Part shown: in pieces, positions 37,096-50,128 of the stretch
Numbering within the stretch: the first letter of the stretch is position 1
Layout of the letters: each line of letters starts with the position of its first letter
Origin: Centroscyllium fabricii
Lineage: Eukaryota
DNA length: 64,000 nt
Assembly: GCA_051313645.2 (NCBI GenBank)
Contig: JBNRSN020000026.1
Location: forward strand, 65,038,001-65,102,000
Reading direction: 5' to 3'
Made by a program: the position numbers and the translations under genes
Notes under the pieces: model-generated
The model's input: the letters and a program-made list of their open reading frames with translations, nothing else
Databases searched by the model: none
What the model was told of the DNA's origin: nothing

Positions 37096-38037
37096 GGGGG
37101 AAAAATTGGGTAGTGGGGCGCTAACCTCGGCGGGGTGCGCCATTTAGCGCCCCGAAAAAGTTAGCGCCAGTCCGCCGGAAATTGGGTTTTAGTGCCTCAA
37201 GTAGGAGGTGGGGCGCTACTGCAGGCGCCCCACCTCGTTTTTTGGGCGCTACCACTCAATTTCGGGTGACTGCTTGCCACTGCGCTACGCTCTGCAGAGT
37301 GCCGCGGTACTGCAAGCCTTCCTCCCCTGATTAAAAGGGAGTGTCCTAGCGCGGCGCGGCCCGGAGCCCCGTTGGACCGCCGGGGATCAGAGTGCCGCCA
37401 AAGGAGCCCGGCACTCGAGGGAAGTGCCGGGCTCACGGAGCACAGCCAGCACTCCGCGAGGGGGCATTGGGGAAGGCTGGGGAACGGCAGAGGGGGCAGG
37501 TGCTGGCAGTCAGCCAGCAAGAAAAATGGGAGCCCGGCACCCCCCCTTTAAATAGCGCTTCCCCGGCTGCAAGTAAGTCCCCCTGACCCTGTTGGTGACA
37601 GCGTCCGGCGGTATGGCAGCGGGCGCGACTGAAGTCTGCGGCCGGGGCGCGAGCAGGGTGCTGCACACAGCGATGACGCCATCATCAGCGGCACGGCACC
37701 ATGGGGTGCTACCGGTTGCCGCCCCCGCCAGCACCCCACTGAATATCGCGGGAGGTGCCAGCCCAGGCGCTCGGTGTAATGATATCAGCAAACAGTGATC
37801 ATGTTTGCCTGTTTGATTATCTATGCCTGACCAGCAGAGGGCATGTGACAAGAAGCCAGTGCTGTATAAGAGGATCTCGAAGATGGAGTCTCTCTGTAAG
37901 CCTCATGTAAATAAGTAAGTTGCTTGTACATACTTTAGTTTAAACAACATTCTCCTTCATCAATGTGTCATCTTGGAACCCACATACAGCCCTCTTAGGG
38001 CGCTAACGGCTGGCGCAAGCAATCGAATTTTTCCCCC
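37096..38037. mobile_element. PIF/Harbinger MITE, GC-rich
   Basis: TIRs GGGGGAAAAATT / AATTTTTCCCCC with TAA TSD. Confidence 0.85.
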
Positions 38038-38560
38038 TAAGTGCTTTAAGACAGGAACGGAAAGGCATGAATCGGCTGGTAATAGAGAAAACAATGGAGG
38101 GTGCGTAACAGAGCAAGAGGAGCCGTGGACCAATCGGGAGAGTTGGAAATGTTGTGGAGCAACGACTGAAAATGAGTCAAGGCCAGTTTGGGCCTCATAC
38201 TCCGGGGTCCTCTGTCCCTCAAGGCTGCCAGATCCATTCCCTGTCCCAGTAATGTCAAACCCCAGCAACCCACTATACTGCCAATGTGAGACCTTGGCTG
38301 ACCCAATGTTCCAAGACCTTTCCCCATCCTTTCCTGGACCCCAGGACTGCCATCCCCACAATGACCAGATATTGTGATCCCCTCTCTGTGTGCGCACATC
38401 TGTAGACCACCCTGCCAGCATTCTGTGATCTCAGGACCACCCCCAGTGGCCCCAGTTCCCATGTACTCTGAGTGATACCCAATCCCAGGACCTGCCCCAT
38501 TACACCCCAAACTCCTGTATAACTGCCTCTAGACCCTAAGACCCTCCTCAATGTATTGTT

Positions 38561-39258
38561 ATAGAAACATAGAAGATAGGAGCAGGAGTAGGCCATTCGG
38601 CCCCTCAAGCCTGCTCTGCCATTCAACGTGACCATGATTGATCATTCAATTTCAGTACCCTGTCCCTGCCTTCTCCCCATATCCCTTGATCCCTTCAGCC
38701 TTAAGAACTATATCTAACTCCTTCTTCAATATATTTAATGATTTGGCCTTTACTGCCTTCTGTGGTAGAGAATTCCACAGGTTCACCACTCTCTGGGTGA
38801 AGAATTTCCTCCTCATCTCTGTCCTAAATGGCTTACCCCTTATCCTTAGACTGTGACCCCGGTTCTGGACTCCCCACCATCGGGAACATCCTTCCTGCAT
38901 CTAGTCTGTCTAGTCCTGTTAGAATTTTATAAGTTTCAATGAGATCCCCTCTCAATCTTCTAAGCTCCAACGAGTATAAGCCTAATCGACCCAATCTCTC
39001 TTCATACATCGTCCCTGCCATCCCAGGTATCAGTCTGGTGAATCTTTGCTGCACTCCCTCCATGGCAAGAACATCCTTCCTCAGATAAGGAGACCAAAAC
39101 TGCACACAATACTCAAGGTGTGGTCTCACCAAGGCTCTGTACAACTGCAGCAAGACCTCCTTATTACTGTACTCGAAACCTCTTGCTACGAAGGCCAACA
39201 TACCATTTGCCTTCTTAACCGCCTGCTGCACCTGCATGCTTACCTTCAGCGACTGAAC
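38561..39258 (-). mobile_element. CR1 LINE 3' fragment
   Basis: ORFs 38833..39297 and 38652..38900 (LVRPHLEYCVQFWSP). Confidence 0.9.
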
Positions 39259-39903
39259 CATACACTGAAACACCAATGTAGTAGTCCCAGGCCCCATTCC
39301 AGTCTCCCAGATCTTAGGGTCACATTCAGTGTTGATAAATCAGTGTGCCTGGTAATACCACTTTGTAGAGGCATGCAGGGCCGAAGAACCACACTGGACA
39401 CAGAAGATTCGGAAAGTTATCATTTATTGTTAACTCAGCTAGGGCCAGGTGGAGAAAGAGACTGAACCACCTGGAGCCCAGGTATTTAAAGGTCCCGCGG
39501 TTGGTGACGTCACTGCCGGGTGTCCACCTGGCGACGTCATCACGCCGGAAGTCGCGGTGACGTCATCACGCCGCCCGGCGGGTGGGGCCGTCTCGCAGCA
39601 CTCCCGAGGCGGATTCGATGGTTCTGGTGGGCGTGTCGCCACACAGCTCCCCCCCAGAATCCGTGAGGGAGAGCGAAGCTGGACATAGAGGAGAAGGGAG
39701 CATAAAGAAAAATATAAAAATGGAGCAAAAAAATTAGAGTCTCAGGCGGGGTGCCGAGGCGGCCTGATGATGTGGCCCGCACGTGTCGTCTGAGGCGAGG
39801 CATTGAGGTGGCCTGATGATGCGGCCAGGACGTGTCGTGCGCTGCTCCTTGTTGTGAAATCTGATGTTGAGGCGGCCTGATGATGTGGCCCGCACGTGTT
39901 GTC

Positions 39904-40707
39904 TCAGGCGAGGCGTTGAGGTGGCCTGACGATGCGGCCAGCCTGTGTCGTGCGCTGTTCCTTGTTCTGCGTAGGAGTGTGGGCGGGGTTTGGTGCGGTA
40001 GGGCGTCCGCGCTTTGGTGGCTGCGCGGGGACTGTTGTCTCACCCGCCATTACGTGTGCCGGTTTGAGCCGGTCAATTGAGACAGTCTCAGCTCTGTTGC
40101 CCATTTTAATTTGGAACGTTTTAGGTCCCGCCCGAAGCACTCTGTACGGTCCGTCGTACGGTGGTTGTAGTGGTGTTCGATGTGCGTCATGGCGGACAAA
40201 CACATACTTTGCATTTTCGATGCTGTCTGGAACACGTGCTGCCGGCTCTCCATGCCGGGCCACCGGAAGTGGTTTGAACACCGCTGCCTGGTTGTTAAAG
40301 TCTTTGAGGCAGCGTTCGGCTGACCAGGGTTCGTTGGTTTCTGCCACAAACTCGCCCGGTATGGTTAGGGGTTGGCCATAGACCAGTACAGCTGCTGAGG
40401 CGTGCAGGTCTTCCTTGGCCGCTGAACGCAGGCCGAGCATTACCCAGGGCAGGCGGTCGGTCCAGGTCGCGTCTTGGAGGCTGGCCCGCAAGGAAGCTTT
40501 GAAGGAGCGGTGGAACCGTTCGCAGAGGCCATTGGCCTGTGGGTGGTAGGCGGTGGTTCGGTACAGGGTTGCCCCGAGGTCGTGGGCGATGGTTGCCCAT
40601 AGGGTTGAGGTAAATTGGGGGCCCCTGTCTGATGTGATGTCGGTGGGGACGACAAAACGTGCGACCCAGGTGGCAATGAAGGCCCTGGCCAGGTCCGCGG
40701 TGGTGGT
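39904..40707 (-). pseudogene. Gypsy integrase C-terminal part, cut off by the CR1 insertion
   Basis: Open frame TTTADLARAFIATWVARF...SDRGPQF...AYHPQANGLCERFHR...PPYDGPYRV (GPY motif). Confidence 0.92.
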
Positions 40708-43535
40708 ATAGAATCATAGCATCATAGAATCATAGAAGATAGGAGCAGGAGTAGGCCATTCAGCCCTTCGAGCCTGCTCCGCCATTCGATGAGATCATGG
40801 CTGATCTTTAGCAAGCTAGTACCCCATCCCCGCCTTTTCTCCATAACCTTTAATCCCTTTAGCTTGAAGAAATATATCCAATTCCCTCTTGAATATGTTT
40901 AATGAACTGGCCTCCACCGCCCTCTGTGGCAGGGAATTCCACAGGCCCACCACTCTCTGAGTGAAGAAATTCTTCCTCATGTCTGTCCTAAATGGTTTAC
41001 CCCTTATCCTTAGACTGTGGCCCCTGGTTCTGGACTCACCCGCCATTAGAAACATTCTCTCTGAATCTAACCTGTCCAGACCTTTCAGAATTTTATACGT
41101 CTCAATGAGATCGCCTCTCAATCTTCTAAACTCCAACGAGTACAAGCCCAGACTACACAATCTCTCCTCGTAGGTCATTCCTTCCATTCCAGGAATCAGC
41201 CTGGTGAAACGCCGCTGCACTCCTTCCATGGCAAGAACATCCTTCCTCAGGCGAGGCGACCAGAACTGTACACAATACTCGAGGTGTGGTCTCACCAGTG
41301 CCTTGTACAGCTGCAGTAAGGTATCCTTATTCCGATACTCGAACCCTCTTGATATGAAGGCCAACATACCATTTGCCTTCCTAACCGCCTGCTGCACCTG
41401 CGTGCTCGCCTTCAGCGACTGGTGCACAAGAACACCCAGGTCTCTCTGCACCTCCCCATCTCCCAATCTATTGCCATTTAAGTAGTAATCTGCCCTCCTG
41501 TTTTTGCCCCCAAAGTGGATAACCTCACATTTATCCACATTGTAGTGCATCTGCCATCTATCTGCCCAGTCCCCCAACTTATCCAAATCGCCCTGTAACT
41601 TCCTGACACCCTCTTCTGAGCCTGCCCCCTCTCCTAGTTTGGTGTCGTCCGCGAATTTGGAGATATTACATTCAATTCCCTGATCCAGATCATTAATATA
41701 TATTGTAAACAGCTGAGGTCCCAGGACAGACCCCTGCGGTACTCCACTAGTCACCGGCTGCCACCCAGAAAACGAGCCGTTAATTCCAACTCTCTGTTTT
41801 CTGTCTGCCAACCAGTTCTCTATCCACATCAAAACTTTGCCCCCAATCCCATGAGCCTTAATTTTACATGCTAATCTTTTATGTGGAACCTTATCGAAAG
41901 CTTTCTGGAAGTCAAGGTACACCACATCTACTGGCTCTCCCCCATCTATTTTCCGAGTTACTTCCTCAAAGAATTCCAATAGATTAGTTAAACATGATTT
42001 ACCTTTTGTAAACCCATGTTGACTCTGTCCGATCTCATCCCTACTTGTCAAATGTTCCGAGATTACATCCTTGATGATGGACTCGAGCATTTTGCCCACT
42101 ACTGATGTAAGGCTTACTGGTCTATAGTTCCCTGCTTTCTCTCTGCCCCCCTTTTTAAATAGTGGGGTAACATTAGCCACCCTCCAATCCATGGGTACTG
42201 ATCAAGAGTCTATTGAGTTCTGGAAAATGATCCTTAATGCACCCTCTATTTCCGGGGCTACCTCTTTAAGTACCCTAGGATGTAGATTATCAGGCCCTGG
42301 GGATTTGTCGGCCTTCAATCCCTTCAACTTCCCCAAAACCATCTCCCTAGAAATACTGATATCTGTCAGCTCCTCCCTTGCATTGGACCCTATGTTCGCT
42401 GCTATCCCTGGGAGGTTGCTTGTGTCCTCCTTTGTGAAGACAGTACCAAAATATGAATTTAGTTGGTCTGCCATTTCTTTATTCCCCAATATATATTCCC
42501 CTGAATCGGACTGCAAGGGACCGACTTGGGATTTTACCAATCTTTTCCTCTTGATGTACCTATAAAAGCTTTTGCAGTCAGTTTTTATGTTTGCCGCAAG
42601 CTTCCCTTCATAATCTATCTTCCCCTTCCTGATTAATCCCTTTGTCTTCCTTTGCTGTATCCTGAACTGCTCCCAATCTTCCGGCCTAGTACTTTTTTTG
42701 GCCAATTGATATGCCCATTTTTTGGATTTAATGTTGTCCCTTATTTCCCTTGTTATCCACGGTTGAGTCACCTTTCTAGGTTTATTCTTATGCCAAACCG
42801 GTATGAACGAGTTCTTTATTTCTTCCATCCTATACTTGAATGCTTGCCATTGTCTATCCACATTCAATCCCCCAGGAACACTGCCCAATCTATCTTGCTT
42901 AATTCCCTTCTCATACCTTCATAATTCCCTTTATTTAAATTCAGGACCTTAGTCTCCGAGTTGATCTTTTCACTTTCCATCTCAACTGAGAATTCGATCA
43001 TATTATGATCGCTCCGACCCAAGGGGCCTCGTACAACGAGATTGTTAATTAGTCCCTTCTCATTGCACAATACCCAGTCTAAGATGGCCTGATCCCGAGT
43101 TGGTTCCTCGACATATTGGTCCAGATACCCATCCCGTAGACATTCTAGGAATTCCTCCTCCTCAGTATTTTTACTAACTTGGCTAGTCCAATCAATATGT
43201 AGATTAAAGTCGCCCATGACGACAGCTGTGCCCTTATCGCAAGCTTCTCTAATTTCCCTTTTTATGCCGTCCCCCACCTCCATATTACTATTTGGAGGCC
43301 TGTATATAACTCCCACTAATGTTTTCCGCCCTTTACTATTTCTTAGTTCTACCCATATAGATTCCGTATCATCTGAGTTAATATCCTTCCTTTCAATTGC
43401 ATTTATCCCCTCTTTCACCAGCAATGCCACCCCACCTCCCTTTCTTTTGTGCCGATCCTTTCTGAATGTTGTATACCCCGGGATGTTGAGTTCCCAGCCT
43501 TGCCCCCCCTGCAGCCATGTTTCCGTAATTCCAAT
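40708..43535 (-). mobile_element. Young 5'-truncated CR1 LINE inserted in the Gypsy integrase
   Basis: EN from IGITETW to the 3' tail; ORF pieces 42864..43430, 42202..42888 and an uninterrupted RT 40816..42192 (FADD). Confidence 0.95.
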
Positions 43536-46530
43536 CTGGCCAGCGGGTGCTGCGGTCGACCATTGTCAGGATGTGTGAATGTCCCCGTGATGGTGGTAGT
43601 GGTCCGACCAGGTCGATGTGGACATGGCTGAAACGTCTAGCTGGGATGGCGATCATTTCCAGCGGTGCCTTGATGTGCTTGTGCACCTTGGCGCGCTGGC
43701 AGGCATTGCAGGAGTTGGTCCAGGCGCGGACATCCTTGCGCAGGCCGCGCCAAACGAATCGCGCAGAGATGAGCTTTGTGGACGCGCGGACACCGGGGTG
43801 GGACAGGTCATGGAGGGTCTGGAAGATGTGTCGCCTCCATGCGTGGGGGACGACGGGTCTGGGCTGCGGGAGGGAGACGTCGCAGCGGACCGCCGTGGCT
43901 GTGGGCCCGTGTGCTACGGTGGCCAGGAGCAGGCCGGGGAGGTTGGTAGCTGGGTTGAGCAGATCGGGGTCGGTTAGTTGGTCAGCCGCCATTTTGGTGT
44001 AGTCGACGGCCGTTTGAACAGAGTTGATGGTGGGGCGTGAGAGGCAGTCAGTGACCACGTTGTCGCGGCCGGCGATGTGCTGGATGTCGGTAGTGAATTC
44101 CGACACAGCCGCGAGCTGGCGCTGCTGCCTGGCCGACCAGGGTTCAGAGATCTTAGCCATTGCAGACACGAGTGGCTTGTGATCTACGAAGGCTGTAAAG
44201 TGGCGGCCCTCTAGGAGGAAGCGGAAGTGGCACACCGCGAGGTAGAGAGCGAGTAGCTCCCTATCGAAGGCGCTGTACTTGACCTCCGGGGGCCGGAGTT
44301 GTCGGCTGAAAAAGGCCAGGGGTTGCCAGGAGTCGCCTGTCCACTGCTCAAAGGCTGCTCCGACAGCGCGGTCGGAGGCGTCGGTGGTGAGGGCTACTCT
44401 GGCATTGGGCCTAGGGTGGCTGAGGAGCGTGGCGTTGGCCAGGGCGGTTTTGGTTGCGGTGAAGGCGGTGGAGGCTTCGGCCGTCCACTCGACCGCAGCA
44501 TTGTTGGACTGCCCGCGGGTGGCGTGGTAGAGGGGGGCCATGAGAGCGGCTGCTCCTGGGATGAAGCGGTTGTAGAAATTAACCATCCCAAGGAATTCCT
44601 GCAGCCCCTTGATGGAGTGCGGGCGGGGGAATTCCTGGACCGCCTGCACCTTGGAGGGCAGGGGTATGGCCCCGGTCTGGGAGATGTGGTGGCCGAGGAA
44701 GTCGATCGTCTCGAGGCCGAATCGACACTTGGAGGGGCTTAATATAAGGCCGTGCTCGGCCAGATGGTTGAAAAGGGCCCTGAGATGGAGGAGGTGTTCC
44801 TGGGGGGAGGTGCTGGCCACGAGGATGTCGTCGAGATAGACGAACGTGAACTGCAAGTCCCGCAGGACTGAGTCCATGAGGCGCTGGAAGGCCTGGGCCG
44901 CGTTTTTGAGTCCGAAGGGCATTCGGAGAAATTCGAATAAGCCAAATGGGGTAATGACGGCTGTCTTAGGGACGTCCACCGGGTGCACTGGTACCTGGTG
45001 GTAGCCCCGAACCAGGTCGATCTTAGAAAAGACCGTGCAGCCGGCTAGCCTGGCTGAGAAATCTTGGATGTGGGGGACGGGGTACCTGTCTGGGGTGGTG
45101 GCGTTGTTGAGGCGGCGGTAGTCTCCGCAGGGGCGCCAGCCGCTGCCGGGTTTGGGGGCAATGTGGAGGGGGGAGGCCCAGGGGCTGCTGGAGCGGCGGA
45201 TTATGCCGAGTTGTTCCATGATGTGGAACTCGGCGCGCGCGATCTCCAGCTTGGCCGGGTCCAGCCTGCGTGCGTGGGCATGGACTGGGGGGCCTGTGGT
45301 GGTGATGTGATGCTCCACCCCATGCTTGGCCGTACGGGCTGTGAAGGTGGGGTTGGTTAGGGCTGGGAACACCGCGAGCAGCGTGGCGTACGTGTTGGAG
45401 TTCCGGGCTCGGCAATGGGACGCTGCGTGGGTCTGGTGTGCCGGCCTTGTGGAGCATGGGATGGTCGACATGTTGTGGATGTCGACCAGGCGGCGTCGGA
45501 TAACGTCGACCAGTAGGCCGTGGGCGCACAGAAAGTCGGCCCCGAGTAGGGATATTTTGACTTGTGCTGTGATGAAGTCCCACTTGTACATGTGGCCTGC
45601 TAGCTTGATGGTAAGCTGGCGGGTGCCGAACGTAACTATCTCGGAGCCGTTTGCGGCTTCGAGCGGTGGGCCTTGGGTGCCTTGCTTGGTTTCCGCGGGG
45701 GAGGCTGGCACAATGCTGTGCTGCGTGCCTGTGTCGCAGAGGAAGCGGAGGCCTGAGCCACTGTCTGTGACGAAGAGCAGTGCTCCGGAGCGGCCTACGG
45801 ACATGGTGGGGCTTGGGCTGGTTTGGGGTTTGAAGGTGCAGGGCTGGACGCAGCGCTGCGCTTTGGCTTCAAACCTGGTGTGGTAGTAGCACCAGCCTGG
45901 GCCCGTAGTGCGTGGTTTTTTGTGGGTCCGCACCGCTCTGGGTTGGGATCTGGGCCTGGGGTGCGCGTAGTACTGCTCCGGTGGAGCGGCGGTGGTTTGG
46001 CGCGTGGCGGCTCGGGTGCGCTCGGCCCTCATCAGCTTGTCGGCCTCCTGAGCCAGTTGCGTGTTGGAGTAGTGCTCCAGGACCGTCAGAGCCGGTCTGA
46101 CGGAGGGGGGCAGTTTAAGGAGGTACAAGGCGCGCTTAATGGTGGCCGGGTCGCAGTTAAGCGCTTCAAATTGGGCCCAAAGGTCGGATGGGTCTGCGTC
46201 CCCTAGGTCGGGGAGGTTTATGAGCTGGCAGTCGCGCTCAAAGATGGTGGGGGTAAATTTTTCTAGCAGCGCGGCCTTAAGCGTTTCATACCTGCCAGCA
46301 GTTTGTTCTTGCTGGATGGAGCCCCACATTCGGTCGATTGTAGGCTGCGAAAGGGCCGCGAAGAGCAGGCTGTAACGATCGTCCCCCTGCACGCCATAGA
46401 TGCGGTAGGTGTTCTCCGTGTTGAGGAACCAGGCCGCTGGACGGAGTTCCCAGAACTCAGGTAGGTTTGGGATTTGGCCGAAGTGCTGGCCCCGTCTGTG
46501 GTGGCGTGCTGTTTCGATCCCTGCTGGCAT
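43536..46530 (-). CDS. Gypsy gag-pol polyprotein, single ORF, truncated in the integrase
   Basis: Gag Cx2Hx9Cx3C (CYYHTRFEAKAQRCVQPC), protease DTG, RT YLDD, RNase H TDAS/DRELLA, integrase HHCC and HIDLVGP. Confidence 0.95.
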
Positions 46531-47654
46531 GGTGGTTGCGATTCAACTGAGGCAGCTTGGCCCTCAGTCCTGCAGCGACTGCTTCATTGTTCCCTTGGAA
46601 TTCGTTCCAAGTATCGAGGTCACCACTGTAGAGGCATGCAGGGCCGAAGAACCACACTGGACACAGAAGATTCGGAAAGTTATCATTTATTGTTAACTCA
46701 GCTAGGGCCAGGTGGAGAAAGAGACTGAACCACCTGGAGCCCAGGTATTTAAAGGTCCCGCGGTTGGTGACGTCACTGCCGGGTGTCCACCTGGCGACGT
46801 CATCACGCCGGAAGTCGCGGTGACGTCATCACGCGCCCGGCGTGCGGGGCCGTCTCGCAGCACTCCCGAGGCGGATTCGATGGTTCTGGTGGGCGTGTCG
46901 CCACAACTTGCGATAACGCTCCTATATTTAAATCTCTGGCTCACTGTGAGCAACGCCATGGGACAGTGGCTAGTTGTTAATACAAAAAAACATATTGATT
47001 ATCTTTTACTATTTAAGAAGACGCCAGATGCTGATTAGATTCATATATATTATTTATTCTTAATTCAAGTCGAAAGTGGATAAAAGAGAACATTCAAATG
47101 TGAAAGGGTGTAGTGGCACTCAGAATACAGCAGAGGGTGCTCTATTCCAACACATGCATTTAATTCCACAATAATCATTTGAAATAATATTTTAATCTTC
47201 ACCATATTGAATTACCTTTTTCATGTGATCCCCTCTTTGATGCCTCAATGGGTAAATGCATATTGTATGACATATTGATTCAATCTCCAGCCTGCATTGT
47301 GTTACCCATTGTCATCTGGGACGGTAGTGTGGCCATCTTTAGAATATCAGTGCCATGAGACGATATTAAAGTGACCAACAAGGATGAATCTGGGTATCAG
47401 GACCTTGAGCTTATAGTACTGGACTAGCAGCCCAGGGGCTGCAAGTTCAAATCCCATCAGAGCAAGTTGTGAAATTGAATGCAATAAGTCTGGTAATTTG
47501 TCAGCTCGCAACAGTAAAAATAATCTTGAAAGGTTCCAAATTGTCTAAAAAAAATCACCTCGTTCACTCATTTCTTTCAGCCTGTCACTGACATCCTTAC
47601 CCGGTCCGATCTATGTTTGACTTCATTCAGTCCCACACTATGAGGTTGCCTAAA

Positions 47655-47757
47655 TCCAGGCTGACACTCCAATGCAGTACTGAGTGAGTGCTGCACTGTC
47701 GGAGGTGTCGTCTTTCGGAAGAGACGATAAACCAAGGCCCCCTCTGCCCTCTCAGGT
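47655..47757 (+). mobile_element. Deu-domain SINE fragment
   Basis: Homologous to about 21900-22003. Confidence 0.65.
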
Positions 47758-47809
47758 TCTTTGATGGCTCTTACCCCTTCAGAGTTACTACCTCCCATTG
47801 TTACTTTAC

Positions 47810-48190
47810 AATTGTAAGAAGTCACACAACACCAGGTTATAGTCCAACAGTTTTATTTGAAATCCCAAGCTTTCGGAGCGCAGCTCCTTCCTCAGGTGAA
47901 GTGACGAGATTCATTTAAACACAGCATATATATATAGAGGGAGAGAACAATGTTCCAGTAAGAAAAATCCTCTTTTTTAAAAATCATTCTGTGGGTTTTT
48001 CACACAGACAGCAGACTGTAACATTTGACCCTTTGTGACTGCACCCTTTGATCTCAGGCTGACTGATATGTTAGAACACCTTTGACTGCTTTGATGTCTC
48101 TCTGCTGAGGTGTGATGTGGAACAGTTGGAGAAACCACATTGTTCTCTCTCTATTGTCCACCCCAGTCCAACACTGGCACCTCCACATCA
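47810..48190. mobile_element. Penelope-derived mini-element with hammerhead motif (47863-47899, minus strand)
   Basis: Same ends as 52848-53203; direct repeat CATTGTTACTTTAC at 47796 and 48189. Confidence 0.75.
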
Positions 48191-48722
48191 TTGTTACTTT
48201 ACGACATGGTCCACGACAATATTGAGCAGGACGGGTGCCGACAAGATGCAGCTTGATTGACTTCTCTTTTCATTTTGAACCATTTTAAATTTTTTCCTTC
48301 AATCTTCAAATGAGGAAGTCTGTTTTTTTCCTAGCTATTCCATAAACTTTCAAGAACTCCCTGACACTATCCCTCCACTCTGAATTATACACCTGCTTGA
48401 AGTCTTTGAAGCTCGCCCGCAGATCTTTTTCATACTCCCGTTGCTTTTCAGTCGTCTGGTTTCAGCGTCATCCTTATGATAAATGTTTACAGAAATGTAT
48501 CGAGCCCATATGGTGACTCACTGAATGTTACTGTTTGTAAGTGTCCAGGCCTTAACTGAAACATACAGCAAATTATGTTTTGATGATCCGATTTAGATTA
48601 TTGATGGACTGACGCTATGTGGTCCATATAGACAGATGGGTTCTTACTGCATTAAACGGTTACAACTCAGAATAGATTTCTTTATTGCTAAATCTATGTA
48701 CATTCCTGCGTATTCATATATT

Positions 48723-49481
48723 GGCCCAGAAATTCCAGTCAGCGCATATCGGGTTTAAGCTCTGTGAGCGCAACAGAGCTTAAACCCGCAGGAAGCAGCC
48801 GGAACGCACGTTTCGGGATTTCTTGTGCCGCCCAGCGGGGGGGGTCGCTGCTTCCTACGAGGTCCAGCGCAGGAAGCAGCGAACTATGGGAGCGCCCAGA
48901 CTTCCCGATGTTTTTTATTACTTTTTCTACGGACCAAGAGAAGAAAATTCAATGCTGGAAAAAAGGAGTCGTTAACACCCGTTTTTATCTGGTGTGTATT
49001 TTATTGATTTTAATTGTTGTTTTTTCAGGTTTTTAATTGTTGCTAACTTTAAAGACAGGTAAGTATTTTTTTAGACCTGTTGGAAGTGAAAACATTTTTC
49101 TGCAAATTTTTATTTTTTTCTTTAAAATAGGTTATTTGTGTTAGTTGGGGTAATGTTTAAAAAATGTGGTGTTTGTAAAATTTTATTTTTGTGTTTAGAT
49201 GTCTTTTGGGAATCTCTCTTTTCAAAACTCGCACAGATTTCTCTGTGGAAGTTTTGAACGGAGAATTGCTTCCACTGATTGGCTCCCTGCCAATCACGTG
49301 GTCTCAAAAGCCACCTCGCACTAATTACGCCCTTCAGATGCCCATGAAACTTGCACGGAGCTCTGACAGGCTGGGCTAATGGGAATTTCTCAGTGCAAAA
49401 AAGCAAAACTGAATATGGGCAATTAAAGTGCGTTAAGCAGGTTCTGCACCCGCACGAAGGCTCCACTGCAATTTCTGGGCC
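48723..49481. mobile_element. PIF/Harbinger-type MITE
   Basis: TIRs GGCCCAGAAATT / AATTTCTGGGCC; 3-bp flanks att/att. Confidence 0.8.
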
Positions 49482-49810
49482 ATTATGTAGTTCTGCCTGG
49501 ATTCAATGGAATGCTTCAGTGCCAATGGCATGGGCTGAATCTCAGGAATGTACCTTGCTTTATCTGCTCCATCTATTGCATTAGAATAGAGGGGAGCACC
49601 ATAAATCTGCCTACTGAGCACTTGGTTTAATAAGAGGTCGATTAGTTAACCATGTTATAAATATGTGCTGTTAGACTAAAAATTTACTTTGAGGTAAAAT
49701 TCACTGAATTTTGTTGTATTGTTTATTTTGTAAAATGTATCAGTGTGCTGGAACACTTTTCCATCGTATGTGTCTAGTATCAGCTACACGTACTCCCATA
49801 TCACCTATAA

Positions 49811-50128
49811 CAGCGGTCCCCAACCTTTTTTGCACCACGGACCAGTTTCATGCAGGACAATTTTTCCACGGACCGGGGTGGGGGGGGAAGAATTAGCTTG
49901 TGGGCTTAATTTATCGGTGCATGGAAAAAAACTGCGACTGAGACAAGTGCGGAAAAGAGGCACAGACGGAAGTGGTCATTTTTCAAAATAAAACACCCTG
50001 CAGGCTGCGATAGTCAATAAAATGGAAATAAAATAAAAATTAAAACGTTTTTATTCTTTCTGTGCGGCCCGGTACCAAATGATCCACAGCCCGGTACCGG
50101 TCCGCGGCCCGGTGGTTGGGGACCGCTG
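49811..50128. mobile_element. hAT-Charlie (MER1-like) MITE
   Basis: TIRs CAGCGGTCCCCAACC / GGTTGGGGACCGCTG; perfect 8-bp TSD ACCTATAA. Confidence 0.93.

Larger units (their letters stand above)
39364..46905 (-). mobile_element. Full-length Ty3/Gypsy LTR retrotransposon (CsRn1-like) interrupted by CR1
   Basis: Near-identical ~280-bp LTRs (39364-39643, 46627-46905) with TG..CA ends; 4-bp TSD actt; PBS TGGTGACCTCG; polypurine tract 39644-39655. Confidence 0.97.

Noticed and set aside
43393-43535. C-terminal extension of the Gypsy ORF as a novel domain
   Set aside because: Out-of-frame read-through into the inserted CR1
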